From IMG/VR virus record IMGVR_UViG_3300021445_000001, positions 1 to 46,195 of that record: a stretch of DNA of 46,195 bases, one strand, 5' to 3'. Source of the DNA: a virus. The notes beneath the pieces were generated by a model. It saw only the letters and a program-made list of their open reading frames with translations. It ran no database searches and had not been told where the DNA came from. How positions within the stretch are numbered: position 1 is the first letter of the stretch; each line of letters starts with the position of its first letter. Shown piece after piece: positions 28,337 to 35,612 of the stretch. Position numbers and translations under genes: made by a program.

Positions 28337-28672
28337 ATGTCTGGCTTCGACGACATCAACCTGACTTCCACCGCAGTTCTCACAGCGGCCTACACGATCA
28401 CTGCAAACGACATGGTCATCTTCTATGACCCGACCAACGCCTACGTGATCACCCTGCCGGCCGCGAGCACGGCCCTCAAGGGCCGCATGTACACCTTTGT
28501 TCAGACCGTGAGCAACGCCGGCCAGATGACCCTCAAGACCGCTGGTGGCACCATCAACGGCACGGCCGGCGGTACCGGTATCGCAGTCACTGCGAGCAAG
28601 ATCGGCAAGTTTGATGTGTTCTGCGACGGTACCAACTGGTGGGGTGGCAACTCGACGGCAGGTCTGTTGTAG
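28337..28672 (+). CDS. hypothetical protein, 111 aa (paralog 2 of a tandem pair)
   Basis: MSGFDDINL...AAYTITANDM...AYVITLPA. Confidence 0.6.
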   Translation: MSGFDDINLTSTAVLTAAYTITANDMVIFYDPTNAYVITLPAASTALKGRMYTFVQTVSNAGQMTLKTAGGTINGTAGGTGIAVTASKIGKFDVFCDGTNWWGGNSTAGLL

Positions 28673-28675
28673 GTC

Positions 28676-28810
28676 ATGACGGGCTCTAAAGCCTGCCTGG
28701 CCAAGATTGCCGCCGCGATACTCCTTTTTCTCCTCTTGCCAGGCCTATGGGCTCTAAGCGCGGTCTTCCTCCTGATTGCCGAAAGCCTGCACGAGCATTA
28801 CAGCCACTAA
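28676..28810 (+). CDS. small membrane protein, 44 aa
   Basis: Translated by hand: MTGSKACLAKIAAAILLFLLLPGLWALSAVFLLIAESLHEHYSH. It is the last ORF before the operon terminator. Confidence 0.4.
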   Translation: MTGSKACLAKIAAAILLFLLLPGLWALSAVFLLIAESLHEHYSH

Positions 28811-28818
28811 ACAGTGCA

Positions 28819-28844
28819 GCCCCCCTCCCTTTCGGGAGGGGGGC
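28819..28844 (+). terminator. Late-operon terminator hairpin GCCCCCCTCCC-TTTC-GGGAGGGGGGC
   Basis: 11-bp GC stem followed by TATTGG, located at the plus/minus strand switch. Confidence 0.6.
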
Positions 28845-28901
28845 TATTGGCGTTGGTTGTGCCCGTCCCAACACCGGTCAGCAGCGTCCCACTGCTGACA
28901 T

Positions 28902-29063
28902 CTAGATCGCCGAGTTAAACGAGGCTGCAACCAGAAGGGTACTCCCGTCTGTCGGCGCTACGCGCCGCATCACCTCACCGGCCTGTTCCGGATCAACCTG
29001 GTCTAGCGGAACATCATCCAAATCTATCAAGTCCGAGGCCACATCATCAGCACTGAACTCCAC
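28902..29063 (-). CDS. possible small acidic protein, 53 aa
   Basis: Hand translation from a GTG start (M)EFSADDVASDLIDLDDVPLDQVDPEQAGEVMRR... with GGGGG 4 nt upstream. Followed by hairpin GTCAGCAG...CTGCTGAC at 28876-28899. Confidence 0.3.
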   Translation of the reverse strand: MEFSADDVASDLIDLDDVPLDQVDPEQAGEVMRRVAPTDGSTLLVAASFNSAI

Positions 29064-29121
29064 ATCGCCCCCAACGTTTGAGCCAGGCCAGGCGACCGGG
29101 GTGGATTTCCTGACCTGACAG

Positions 29122-29194
29122 TGGTCCCAGTAGGACTCGAACCTACGACAACCCCGGTTAAAAGCCGGGCGCTCTACCGCTGAGCTATGGGACC
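29122..29194 (-). tRNA. tRNA-Lys (anticodon TTT)
   Basis: GGTCCCATAGCTCAGCGGTAGAGCGCCCGGCTTTTAACCGGGGTTGTCGTAGGTTCGAGTCCTACTGGGACCA. All four arms pair. Confidence 0.85.
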
Positions 29195-29279
29195 AACCTA
29201 CTGGTTACAACCGGGGCCTCCACAGTGAGTCTCGCGAAGACAGCCGGCGCAATAACAAACACATTTCTTATCGGTCACG

Positions 29280-29354
29280 TGGCAGCCAAGGGATTTGAAC
29301 CGATGACCTCCGGCATATCAGGCCGGCGCTCTATCCAGACTGAGCTAGACTGCC
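29280..29354 (-). tRNA. tRNA-Ile (anticodon GAT), T stem with two mismatches
   Basis: GGCAGTC-TA-GCTC..GAGC-G-CCGGC-CTGATAT-GCCGG-AGGTC-ATCGG-TTCAAAT-CCCTT-GGCTGCC-A. The T stem ATCGG/CCCTT pairs at only 3 of 5 positions. Confidence 0.65.
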
Positions 29355-29469
29355 TCGCCCTGACAGCTCTTCGGGGGACCATCAGGGTTTATAGCTGTGA
29401 TCAGATCCGCGCATCCAGTCCGGGGCTGCCCCCTTTCTAAACTAGAAATGATCTGCAAGTTTTCTTGCG

Positions 29470-29542
29470 CTGCCGACCCTGGATTCGAACCAGGAACACA
29501 CGGATTAACAATCCGCTACTCTGCCACTTGAGTTAGCCAGCA
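29470..29542 (-). tRNA. tRNA-Asn (anticodon GTT)
   Basis: TGCTGGC-TA-ACTC-AAGTGGCA-GAGT-A-GCGGA-TTGTTAA-TCCGT-GTGTT-CCTGG-TTCGAAT-CCAGG-GTCGGCA-G. Confidence 0.8.
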
Positions 29543-29550
29543 AAACTTAG

Positions 29551-29624
29551 ACCCTACGCCTGTTCAATCGGGCTCGGCATACGGTAGCCGTCCGGAGTTC
29601 TCCTCCGGCTCTATTGGCGTAGGG
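29551..29624 (-). ncRNA. 74-nt stem-loop domain closed by a 9-bp helix (CCCTACGCC/GGCGTAGGG)
   Basis: Perfect 9-bp long-range complement enclosing the nested hairpin CCGGAG-TTCTC-CTCCGG. No ORF. Confidence 0.35.
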
Positions 29625-29630
29625 GTTAGC

Positions 29631-29755
29631 ACACCTGAGATCAAGGTGACCACGGAGATTGTTGATACCGTCACAACGTCGACCCTTGCGGGCCTCTCGG
29701 ATTTGAACCGAATTTCATTAGCAGTGAAGTATCCGTAGTCTATCGCACCAGGTGT
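29631..29755 (-). ncRNA. Structured-RNA module A (unknown family)
   Basis: Minus-strand read: CACCUG-GUGCGAUA-GACUACGGA-UACUUCA...UCCGUGGUC-ACCUUGAUCU-CAGGUG. The insert contains a T-arm-like hairpin UUCGG-UUCAAAU-CCGAG. Confidence 0.5.
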
Positions 29756-29892
29756 TGGACACTACGTGTGGCAGTTGCCACCCCAGCAATGGTTGCCAGA
29801 CGAGCAACCCTCACAACTACACGTACACTTGCACGGATCGGACAGCCATACCCACAACTTTCGCATGCTGGCTCCCGTAGAGTTCAAGGTGA

Positions 29893-29977
29893 TAGCAGAG
29901 ATCAAATCGAGTCGGCTTCTCGGTCTGATGATTAGTCAGAGTGTCGTAAGAAGTATGCCGCCTCTGCGCACCTGCTA
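29893..29977 (-). ncRNA. Structured-RNA module D (same family as A and B)
   Basis: UAGCAG-GUGCGCA-GAGGCGGC-AUACUUC...GCCGACUC-GAUUUGAUCU-CUGCUA. Confidence 0.45.
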
Positions 29978-29988
29978 CCGTACTTTGC

Positions 29989-30062
29989 GTGTCTGAGATC
30001 AAAGGGACGACAGGGTGTGATCATCCAAATATGAAGTACCTGTCATCTATCGCACCAGACAC
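29989..30062 (-). ncRNA. Structured-RNA module B (same family, minimal 74-nt version)
   Basis: GUGUCUG-GUGCGAUA-GAUGACAGG-UACUUCAUAUUUGGAUGAUCACAC-CCUGUCGUC-CCUUUGAUCU-CAGACAC. Confidence 0.5.
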
Positions 30063-30128
30063 TGAATCTGGATGGTCCCGCCCCTCAGCCGGCACATCCT
30101 ATTGAATGAAACTGAGGGGCAGAACCCG

Positions 30129-30210
30129 CTTCCGGGGCAGGCCACGCGCCTGCCATCTTTGTGGAATGTCATGGAGACCACAACGCTCTACTCTTGAGCT
30201 ACCGGAAACC
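30129..30210 (-). ncRNA. Aberrant tRNA-like element (canonical acceptor and D arm, 13-nt anticodon-position loop, no T loop)
   Basis: UUUCCGG-UA-GCUC-AAGAGUA-GAGC-G-UUGUGG-UCUCCAUGACAUU-CCACAA-AGAU-GGCAGGC-GCGUG-GCCUGCC-CCGGAAG. Confidence 0.4.
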
Positions 30211-30391
30211 AGGTAGACGCTTGTGCGGAGAGCCTACCTTGGGTGTTCACTTGTAAAGCAGCGCATGACTCACAGTGTGTCCGAATCACCCTAACCATGG
30301 ATGAGTGGTATACGTGAGCGCCGAGGTATACCGGCCCGGCTGAACGAGGAAACCAAACCGCCCGCATCAGACAGCCAGGATTCTTTGCCCG

Positions 30392-30468
30392 TAGCGGTAG
30401 GTGGGATTTGAACCCACGATCTCCGGCTTATGAGGCCGGCGGGGACAGCCGAGCTCCCCTACTCCGCT
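30392..30468 (-). tRNA. tRNA-Met-like (anticodon CAT) with irregular acceptor stem
   Basis: Anticodon arm CCGGC-CTCATAA-GCCGG, T arm GTGGG-TTCAAAT-CCCAC and D stem GGGG/CCCC are good. The acceptor strands GCGGAGT / CTACCGC pair only partly, or need one extra nucleotide. Confidence 0.55.
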
Positions 30469-30576
30469 TCCGGAAGATCCACAATCGACACATCGCCAGG
30501 ATGTGGGCGCTCTACTGCTTCTCTTCCGTTCTCACCTTGCTGGCTTAGGAGGGCTTTGCTTGGTGATGGACTCAGC

Positions 30577-31026
30577 TTAGAGACGCAGACCACTGACTGT
30601 CAACCCAGATTTTGGGCGGAACTCCATCGGCGTTAAATCACCCTGGCGCACCCCGATGAGCGTTTTTGCCACAGCAACAGGGAAGTTGGGGTCAAAGTCC
30701 ATTTCGCCCGTCTTGGGGTTGAACGCCATGTAATACACGATGATCTCCCCCACCTGTTCGCAGTAGTATATAAAGTTCGTGATCTTATTGTGGATGGCGT
30801 ACCAGCCGGGCTTGATCGGCTCAGGCTTGGGTGCCGGCTTCACGTAAAACTGGATCGTCTTCGGCGTGGCGTCCACCAGGTCAGACAGTTTGATCATGCG
30901 GTTATCGCCAGTGCCGTACTTGACCATGGCCACGTTGTCTTCGATATGCACGATTGTTCCGTGCGCGCCCCAGCTGTGACCATCACCCTTGCGCCGAACC
31001 TGCTGGCCTTTAACAAATTCTGCCAC
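30577..31026 (-). CDS. hypothetical protein, 149 aa
   Basis: ORF track; directly downstream of the polymerase gene on the same strand. Confidence 0.65.
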   Translation of the reverse strand: MAEFVKGQQVRRKGDGHSWGAHGTIVHIEDNVAMVKYGTGDNRMIKLSDLVDATPKTIQFYVKPAPKPEPIKPGWYAIHNKITNFIYYCEQVGEIIVYYMAFNPKTGEMDFDPNFPVAVAKTLIGVRQGDLTPMEFRPKSGLTVSGLRL

Positions 31027-31032
31027 TTTCCG

Positions 31033-32829
31033 TTACTGCTCCTTTTCGTAGAGTGATCCCCAAGATCGCCCACCGATCTTGGCTGTTGCCGGCATGTCCA
31101 CCGGCCCGATTTTGGTGCTCATGATTTGCTCGATCTCCGCCACCATGTCCAGGCTGTCCTCGGGCACTGAGAAAATGATCTCGTCGTGGACGGCCAACCT
31201 CATGTAGGGCAGAAACCCCGCGTCATACAGCCTCACCATGCCCTGCGCTGTGACGTCCCGGCACCCTGACTGCACGTAGTAGTTGAGCGCCGCGTACAGG
31301 CGGTTCTGATCGACGGGCAGTTGCCTGCCCGTCCACGTGGTGATGTAGCCGTTTTGACTCGCCTCGTACATGAGTGCCCTGGCCTTGCCAGCGATCCCCG
31401 GGTAGGCCTTCTTGATGGCTTCTCGCACCGTCTGGGCCTGTTCCAGGGTCATCCCGAACTGATCCATGAGCGCCTGGTTGCCGCCACCGTAGAGGGTCGC
31501 GAAGTTTCCCCCCTTGCCATACTTGCGCATGGCTTCACCCTGACCGGGCCACGCAGTCTCCGCCGTGATGGTGTGCAGATCTTCGTTGTTGCGAAACGCT
31601 CGGATCATCCGAGCGTCAGGGGCCATGGCCGCGATGAACCGCAACTCCTGATTGGAGTAGTCACACGCAACGATTCGATGCCCGATGTCTGCCACAAAGG
31701 AAGATCTCACCGTGGAATCCCCAGACGGCAGGGTCTGTGCCGGAATCCCAGTGATAGAGAACCTGGCAGTCCTTGCACGCAAGGTAGACGTCGATGGGTG
31801 TACACGTCCCGTACTGTCCTGTTGTGTCAGGAACTTCTCTATCCACGTCGTTCGCCACTTTCGAGCCTTCTTTCCCTCCACGATGGCTTGCACCAAGTCG
31901 TCTCCAAGATGCGCCTTCAAGAGGGTTTTGTCTACAGCCGGCTTGCCTGTGGGTGTGGTGCGGTCTGGCTTGATGCCCCGAGGCTCTAGAGCCTCGGCGA
32001 CCTGGACCGGGGAGTTGATGTTGTCGCAGCCAAGCTCCCTTGCCAATGCCTTACAGCGAACCTCCGTGGCTATGAGTGTCTGTTTCAGATTCTCGGTGTA
32101 CTCGACGTCGAGGAGAAAGCCCCTGGCGTCCATCTGTGACACGAGTTTGGCGAGTTTGTGTTCGAACACCACCAGGTGGCCGAATCTTCGCATGAAAGCA
32201 TCAGTAAGTAGATGTGCTCCAAGCTGTGCTGTCACGATCGTGTCAGTGCCCGAATACAGCAGATACACCAAGTTGTCGATCGGCATCACTTCGAACATGC
32301 GTGCTAACGGAGTGTTTTTAGGAATCTCTCCGGAAGCCTTGAGCCTGGCGAACTCCTCACGTAGAGTGGTTCCCAACTTGCGGGACTTCGGAAGGTAGCG
32401 CTCGGCGAGATCTTCAAGACTGTGACCTACACCACCTTCTTCACGGCCACGGGGATCTGCCAGATGTGATATGATTTTGGTGCACCTGGTGGCGGGCCAG
32501 AGAGCTTCAGGATCGAAACCGTAGTGCCGGCACAACACCTGAATATCGTAGCTGGCGAAATGCATAACAATTCGGATACGATTGGCTAACAGCTTGCCTA
32601 TCACTTCGAGGGCCACGGAGTGCATGTGTGGTTTCTCGACCTGAATAACCCACGCTTCACGTGGGTTGCCGAGCTGAAGCAGACGTATTCGGTGGTTTGG
32701 GGAATAGATGTCGAGACCGGTGGTCTCGGTATCCAGCGCAACGGTAGACTGGTGGTTGAGCCAGCCCAATAGGGCTGGCAGATCTTCGGGAGTCTCCACA
32801 ACGCGGATGTTTGAACTGATCGTCCGCAT
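31033..32829 (-). CDS. polA: DNA polymerase I (family A) with 3'-5' exonuclease domain, 598 aa
   Basis: Exo motif VALDTETTGLD. Pol motifs DYSNQELRFIAA, RKYGKGGNFATLYGGG, YVQSGCRDV and AVHDEIIF. Confidence 0.9.
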   Translation of the reverse strand: MRTISSNIRVVETPEDLPALLGWLNHQSTVALDTETTGLDIYSPNHRIRLLQLGNPREAWVIQVEKPHMHSVALEVIGKLLANRIRIVMHFASYDIQVLCRHYGFDPEALWPATRCTKIISHLADPRGREEGGVGHSLEDLAERYLPKSRKLGTTLREEFARLKASGEIPKNTPLARMFEVMPIDNLVYLLYSGTDTIVTAQLGAHLLTDAFMRRFGHLVVFEHKLAKLVSQMDARGFLLDVEYTENLKQTLIATEVRCKALARELGCDNINSPVQVAEALEPRGIKPDRTTPTGKPAVDKTLLKAHLGDDLVQAIVEGKKARKWRTTWIEKFLTQQDSTGRVHPSTSTLRARTARFSITGIPAQTLPSGDSTVRSSFVADIGHRIVACDYSNQELRFIAAMAPDARMIRAFRNNEDLHTITAETAWPGQGEAMRKYGKGGNFATLYGGGNQALMDQFGMTLEQAQTVREAIKKAYPGIAGKARALMYEASQNGYITTWTGRQLPVDQNRLYAALNYYVQSGCRDVTAQGMVRLYDAGFLPYMRLAVHDEIIFSVPEDSLDMVAEIEQIMSTKIGPVDMPATAKIGGRSWGSLYEKEQ

Positions 32830-32928
32830 GAACAGACTTTACGGAGCCTTCTAGGGCTCCGCCAAACCAATAAAAGGGCCGGCTTGATGCCGGCCCTAAA
32901 AGCTATATAACCGGTTCCCGGTTTCAGT

Positions 32929-32958
32929 AGGATATCACGAGCTCAGGCAGCTTGTCAA
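32929..32958 (-). promoter_or_regulatory. Leftward sigma-70-type promoter candidate (TTGACA - 18 nt - TATCCT)
   Basis: Reverse complement of 32953-32958 is TTGACA; reverse complement of 32929-32934 is TATCCT. Lies ~100 nt upstream of the polymerase start. Confidence 0.45.
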
Positions 32959-33003
32959 CTCGACGGGATGATTGTTACCCGATCGTTACGTAAAAATGCT
33001 GCC

Positions 33004-33033
33004 TTGACAGGGTGATCGCCACCTCAGTACCTT
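33004..33033 (+). promoter_or_regulatory. Rightward sigma-70-type promoter candidate (TTGACA - 18 nt - TACCTT) giving a leaderless WhiB-like mRNA
   Basis: TTGACA at 33004-33009 and TACCTT at 33028-33033. The ATG at 33039 lies 5 nt after the -10 element, and there is no RBS. Confidence 0.5.
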
Positions 33034-33038
33034 GAGGC

Positions 33039-33521
33039 ATGGCACAGAACGGGATGACTCTTAACTACGACCTCACCCTACTTGAGCAGGGCAAATATAA
33101 AGAGTGGTTCTGGCTCTCTATGTCACCGGAAGCCCTGTCGTGGCTGAAACGTGATCAATGCCCGAAATGTAAACGAACGCTGGCGCACCCCGCTGCTCGT
33201 TGCCGGTGTGTCGAAGCGGTTAAGCAAGAAGGTCTACCACGATGGGTCAACCGTCAAGGTCTGCTGTGGCGTCTTCAAGCAGCATGTCAGGGTGCCGACA
33301 TAACCATCTTCTTCCCCACGAATCAGGCACTTTACAATCGACCGGATGCGGCATGGCGGAGATATTGCCTGGACTGCCCTGTATCCGATGACTGTACACT
33401 GTCGGCATACGACTCCCGGTCAGAAGGCGTCTGGGGCGGCCGGCCATTCGGTATACCAAAGAGCGCAGATCCTTACGGAACCGGTAAGCGCGGAAGGCGT
33501 CCAAAGAATGCGGGACCATGA
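33039..33521 (+). CDS. WhiB-like Fe-S transcription factor with N-terminal extension and basic AT-hook-like tail, 160 aa
   Basis: AACQGADITIFFP...YCLDCPVSDDCTLSAY...GVWGG (four Cys). C-terminal GTGKRGRRPKN. N-terminal CPKC...CRC. Confidence 0.8.
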   Translation: MAQNGMTLNYDLTLLEQGKYKEWFWLSMSPEALSWLKRDQCPKCKRTLAHPAARCRCVEAVKQEGLPRWVNRQGLLWRLQAACQGADITIFFPTNQALYNRPDAAWRRYCLDCPVSDDCTLSAYDSRSEGVWGGRPFGIPKSADPYGTGKRGRRPKNAGP

Positions 33522-34342
33522 CTACACCTAAGCATACATCGCACAGCGCCGTCAACGCGTTCACGCGTTGCGGCAAGGCATATGAACTTCGCAAGGTGTT
33601 GAAGTTTCCGGAACCGCCGGCCTGGTACCTGATTGCGGGATCAGCGATACACACCGCCACAGAGCTTTGGGATAGAGGTCAAGGGGCCTCACCTTCGGAA
33701 CTGTTCATCGAAGCATTCCAGGACGAGATTGAGCGCGCTCGGGCAGATTGGCCTGACGACTCGCAATGGCTGGCTGCCGGTTATGGCCACGCCAAACAGA
33801 CCTACGCACATTGGTTCACCAGAGGTCAAGACTACCTAGAACAGTGGGCCTCCACAAGTTTTCCGGGCACGCTGGTTGCGGTTGAGCTCGATGTGTCTAC
33901 GGTACTGCCCTCGGGCCTGGAAGTCAAAGGTTTCGTGGATCGACTCTACCGGACTGGTAAGACAACGTACGAGGTCTGGGACCTCAAGAGCGGCTCCCGC
34001 CGGCCAGACAGCGATCAGCAGCTCGGCATGTACTCGGTGCTCGTAGACCTGTGGCTCAACCGGAACGCCTACACCAGGGACCCGGTCCACCGGGGCATCA
34101 CAGCAGCCAACTACATGTTCAAGGACGGCTACGCGCATGTGGTGGACACCTCGGCCTGGACCCTGGCGACCGTAGACCAGCTAGCACAGGCGTGGGTGCG
34201 TGGTGTGGAAAATCGAGTCTTCCTGCCGGTCCGCTCTGCGGACTGCAACCGGTGTTCCGTGGCAGATGCCTGCTACCTGCAATCGGGCGATACGCCCGTA
34301 ACCAGACTGTATGACAACCTTAACCCCAATAAGGACAAGTAA
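33518..34342 (+). CDS. Cas4/RecB-like PD-(D/E)XK exonuclease, 274 aa
   Basis: N-terminal Cys (FTRCGKAY), core VKGFVDRLY...EVWDLKSG, and a C-terminal CNRCSVADAC cluster. Confidence 0.7.
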   Translation: MTTPKHTSHSAVNAFTRCGKAYELRKVLKFPEPPAWYLIAGSAIHTATELWDRGQGASPSELFIEAFQDEIERARADWPDDSQWLAAGYGHAKQTYAHWFTRGQDYLEQWASTSFPGTLVAVELDVSTVLPSGLEVKGFVDRLYRTGKTTYEVWDLKSGSRRPDSDQQLGMYSVLVDLWLNRNAYTRDPVHRGITAANYMFKDGYAHVVDTSAWTLATVDQLAQAWVRGVENRVFLPVRSADCNRCSVADACYLQSGDTPVTRLYDNLNPNKDK

Positions 34343-34350
34343 GGACACAG

Positions 34351-34839
34351 ATGAAGGACCCTTGGGACGAGACCAGTATGGAGAAGGACATTCCGGAAGA
34401 AGGACTCAGCGACCGTGACCGCGTGACTGTGACTATGAAGGCCGGCGCAGGATTCGATGCCTCGTGGGTGGTGTTGCACGCCAAGGATGTGGATGAGGCC
34501 AACCGCCTGCTCGACGACATCGACATTCAGGGGCTTCACGGCAAGGTCATTGCGTCGGCATCGCGGTTTCAGGCTTTGAACGGCCCGTCCAAGAGCTCCA
34601 CAGCCCCGTCAGGGGGCTATCAGAAGAGTAGCAGCTATCGGCCCACCCAGAGCGTTTCTCCGCCTCCACACGGCGCTCCTAGCGCCGTTTGCCCACAGCA
34701 CGGTGCAGCCCTGGTCTATAACGAGCCGTTTATGTCCGGCGGCAAGGAGATCAGTGGTCGCATGTCGTGTCCGGAGCGGGGTTGCCGGGCCATCACCATC
34801 TGGCACAACAAAGACGGTTCCTGGAAGCAGCAGGCGTGA
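34351..34839 (+). CDS. hypothetical protein, 162 aa (C-terminal Cys/His cluster)
   Basis: ORF track; sits in the replication operon. Confidence 0.6.
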   Translation: MKDPWDETSMEKDIPEEGLSDRDRVTVTMKAGAGFDASWVVLHAKDVDEANRLLDDIDIQGLHGKVIASASRFQALNGPSKSSTAPSGGYQKSSSYRPTQSVSPPPHGAPSAVCPQHGAALVYNEPFMSGGKEISGRMSCPERGCRAITIWHNKDGSWKQQA

Positions 34840-35612
34840 GCTCCAAGCTGGCCCGCATTGTTCGGCGCGGTGTTAGCACAGGAGAGCCTCTGCCGGACGT
34901 GTACGCCAGCTTGAAGAATCGGGGCATCAGGTTCTATCGCGGTGGTGTGACGTTGGTATCGGGTATTCCCGGATCCATGAAGACCATGTTTCTGCTCAAC
35001 CTCATGGACGAGATGCGAGTACCCACCCTGTATTTCTCCAACGACTCCAACGAGATGACCGTGGTGTCCCGCATGCTGGCGAAAAGGCTTCGGGTCGACT
35101 CCACGATGATGCGGACCAAGGCGTTGCAGGATCCTGATTGGGCAGCCGGCGTACTCGGGGACATGGATTGGGTGCGCTGGTCTTTCTCTCCCTCACCCAC
35201 CTTGGAGGACATCACTGAAGAGGTTGCGGCGTTTGAGGAGTTGTGGGGCGAGATGCCCCACCTGGTGATCGTAGACGTTCTGATGAAGGTTGACTATGAC
35301 AACGGCTCGTACACGACTGATGAAGACATTGTGCGTTTTCTGGATCGTGTGGCGCGTGAGTCGGGGGCCGCTGTCCTGGTCGCCTCGCATACCTCGGAGA
35401 ACACGCCAGGAAACCCCTGTCAGCCCCTGTCGGCGCTGATCAACAAGATCAGCAAGCTTCCTGTGATGGTTTTGACTACTGCTCACGTGGCCGGCGTGTT
35501 CTATGTGGCTCCGGTGAAGAACCGCGATGGTTTCGCTGACAGCTCGGGCCGCACCTACGTGACATTTCTTATAGACCCTGCGCTAGCAACACTACAGGAA
35601 ATTGATGGCTAA
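34836..35612 (+). CDS. RecA-fold (DnaB C-terminal-like) ATPase / replicative helicase candidate, 258 aa
   Basis: Walker A SGIPGSMKT and Walker B LVIVDVL. GTGA overlap with the previous gene. Confidence 0.65.
   Translation: MSSKLARIVRRGVSTGEPLPDVYASLKNRGIRFYRGGVTLVSGIPGSMKTMFLLNLMDEMRVPTLYFSNDSNEMTVVSRMLAKRLRVDSTMMRTKALQDPDWAAGVLGDMDWVRWSFSPSPTLEDITEEVAAFEELWGEMPHLVIVDVLMKVDYDNGSYTTDEDIVRFLDRVARESGAAVLVASHTSENTPGNPCQPLSALINKISKLPVMVLTTAHVAGVFYVAPVKNRDGFADSSGRTYVTFLIDPALATLQEIDG

Noticed and set aside
29766-30002. 76-aa plus-strand and 61-aa minus-strand ORFs in the tRNA region
   Set aside because: They have no RBS and odd composition, and both are crossed by the covarying helices of modules D and B.
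29631-30062. Modules A, D and B as ordinary tRNAs, a hammerhead ribozyme or a ToxI-like antitoxin array
   Set aside because: They have no D or T arm pairing in the cloverleaf register. They have no CUGANGA...GAAA core. The units are divergent in length (74-125 nt) and there is no adjacent endoribonuclease toxin gene.
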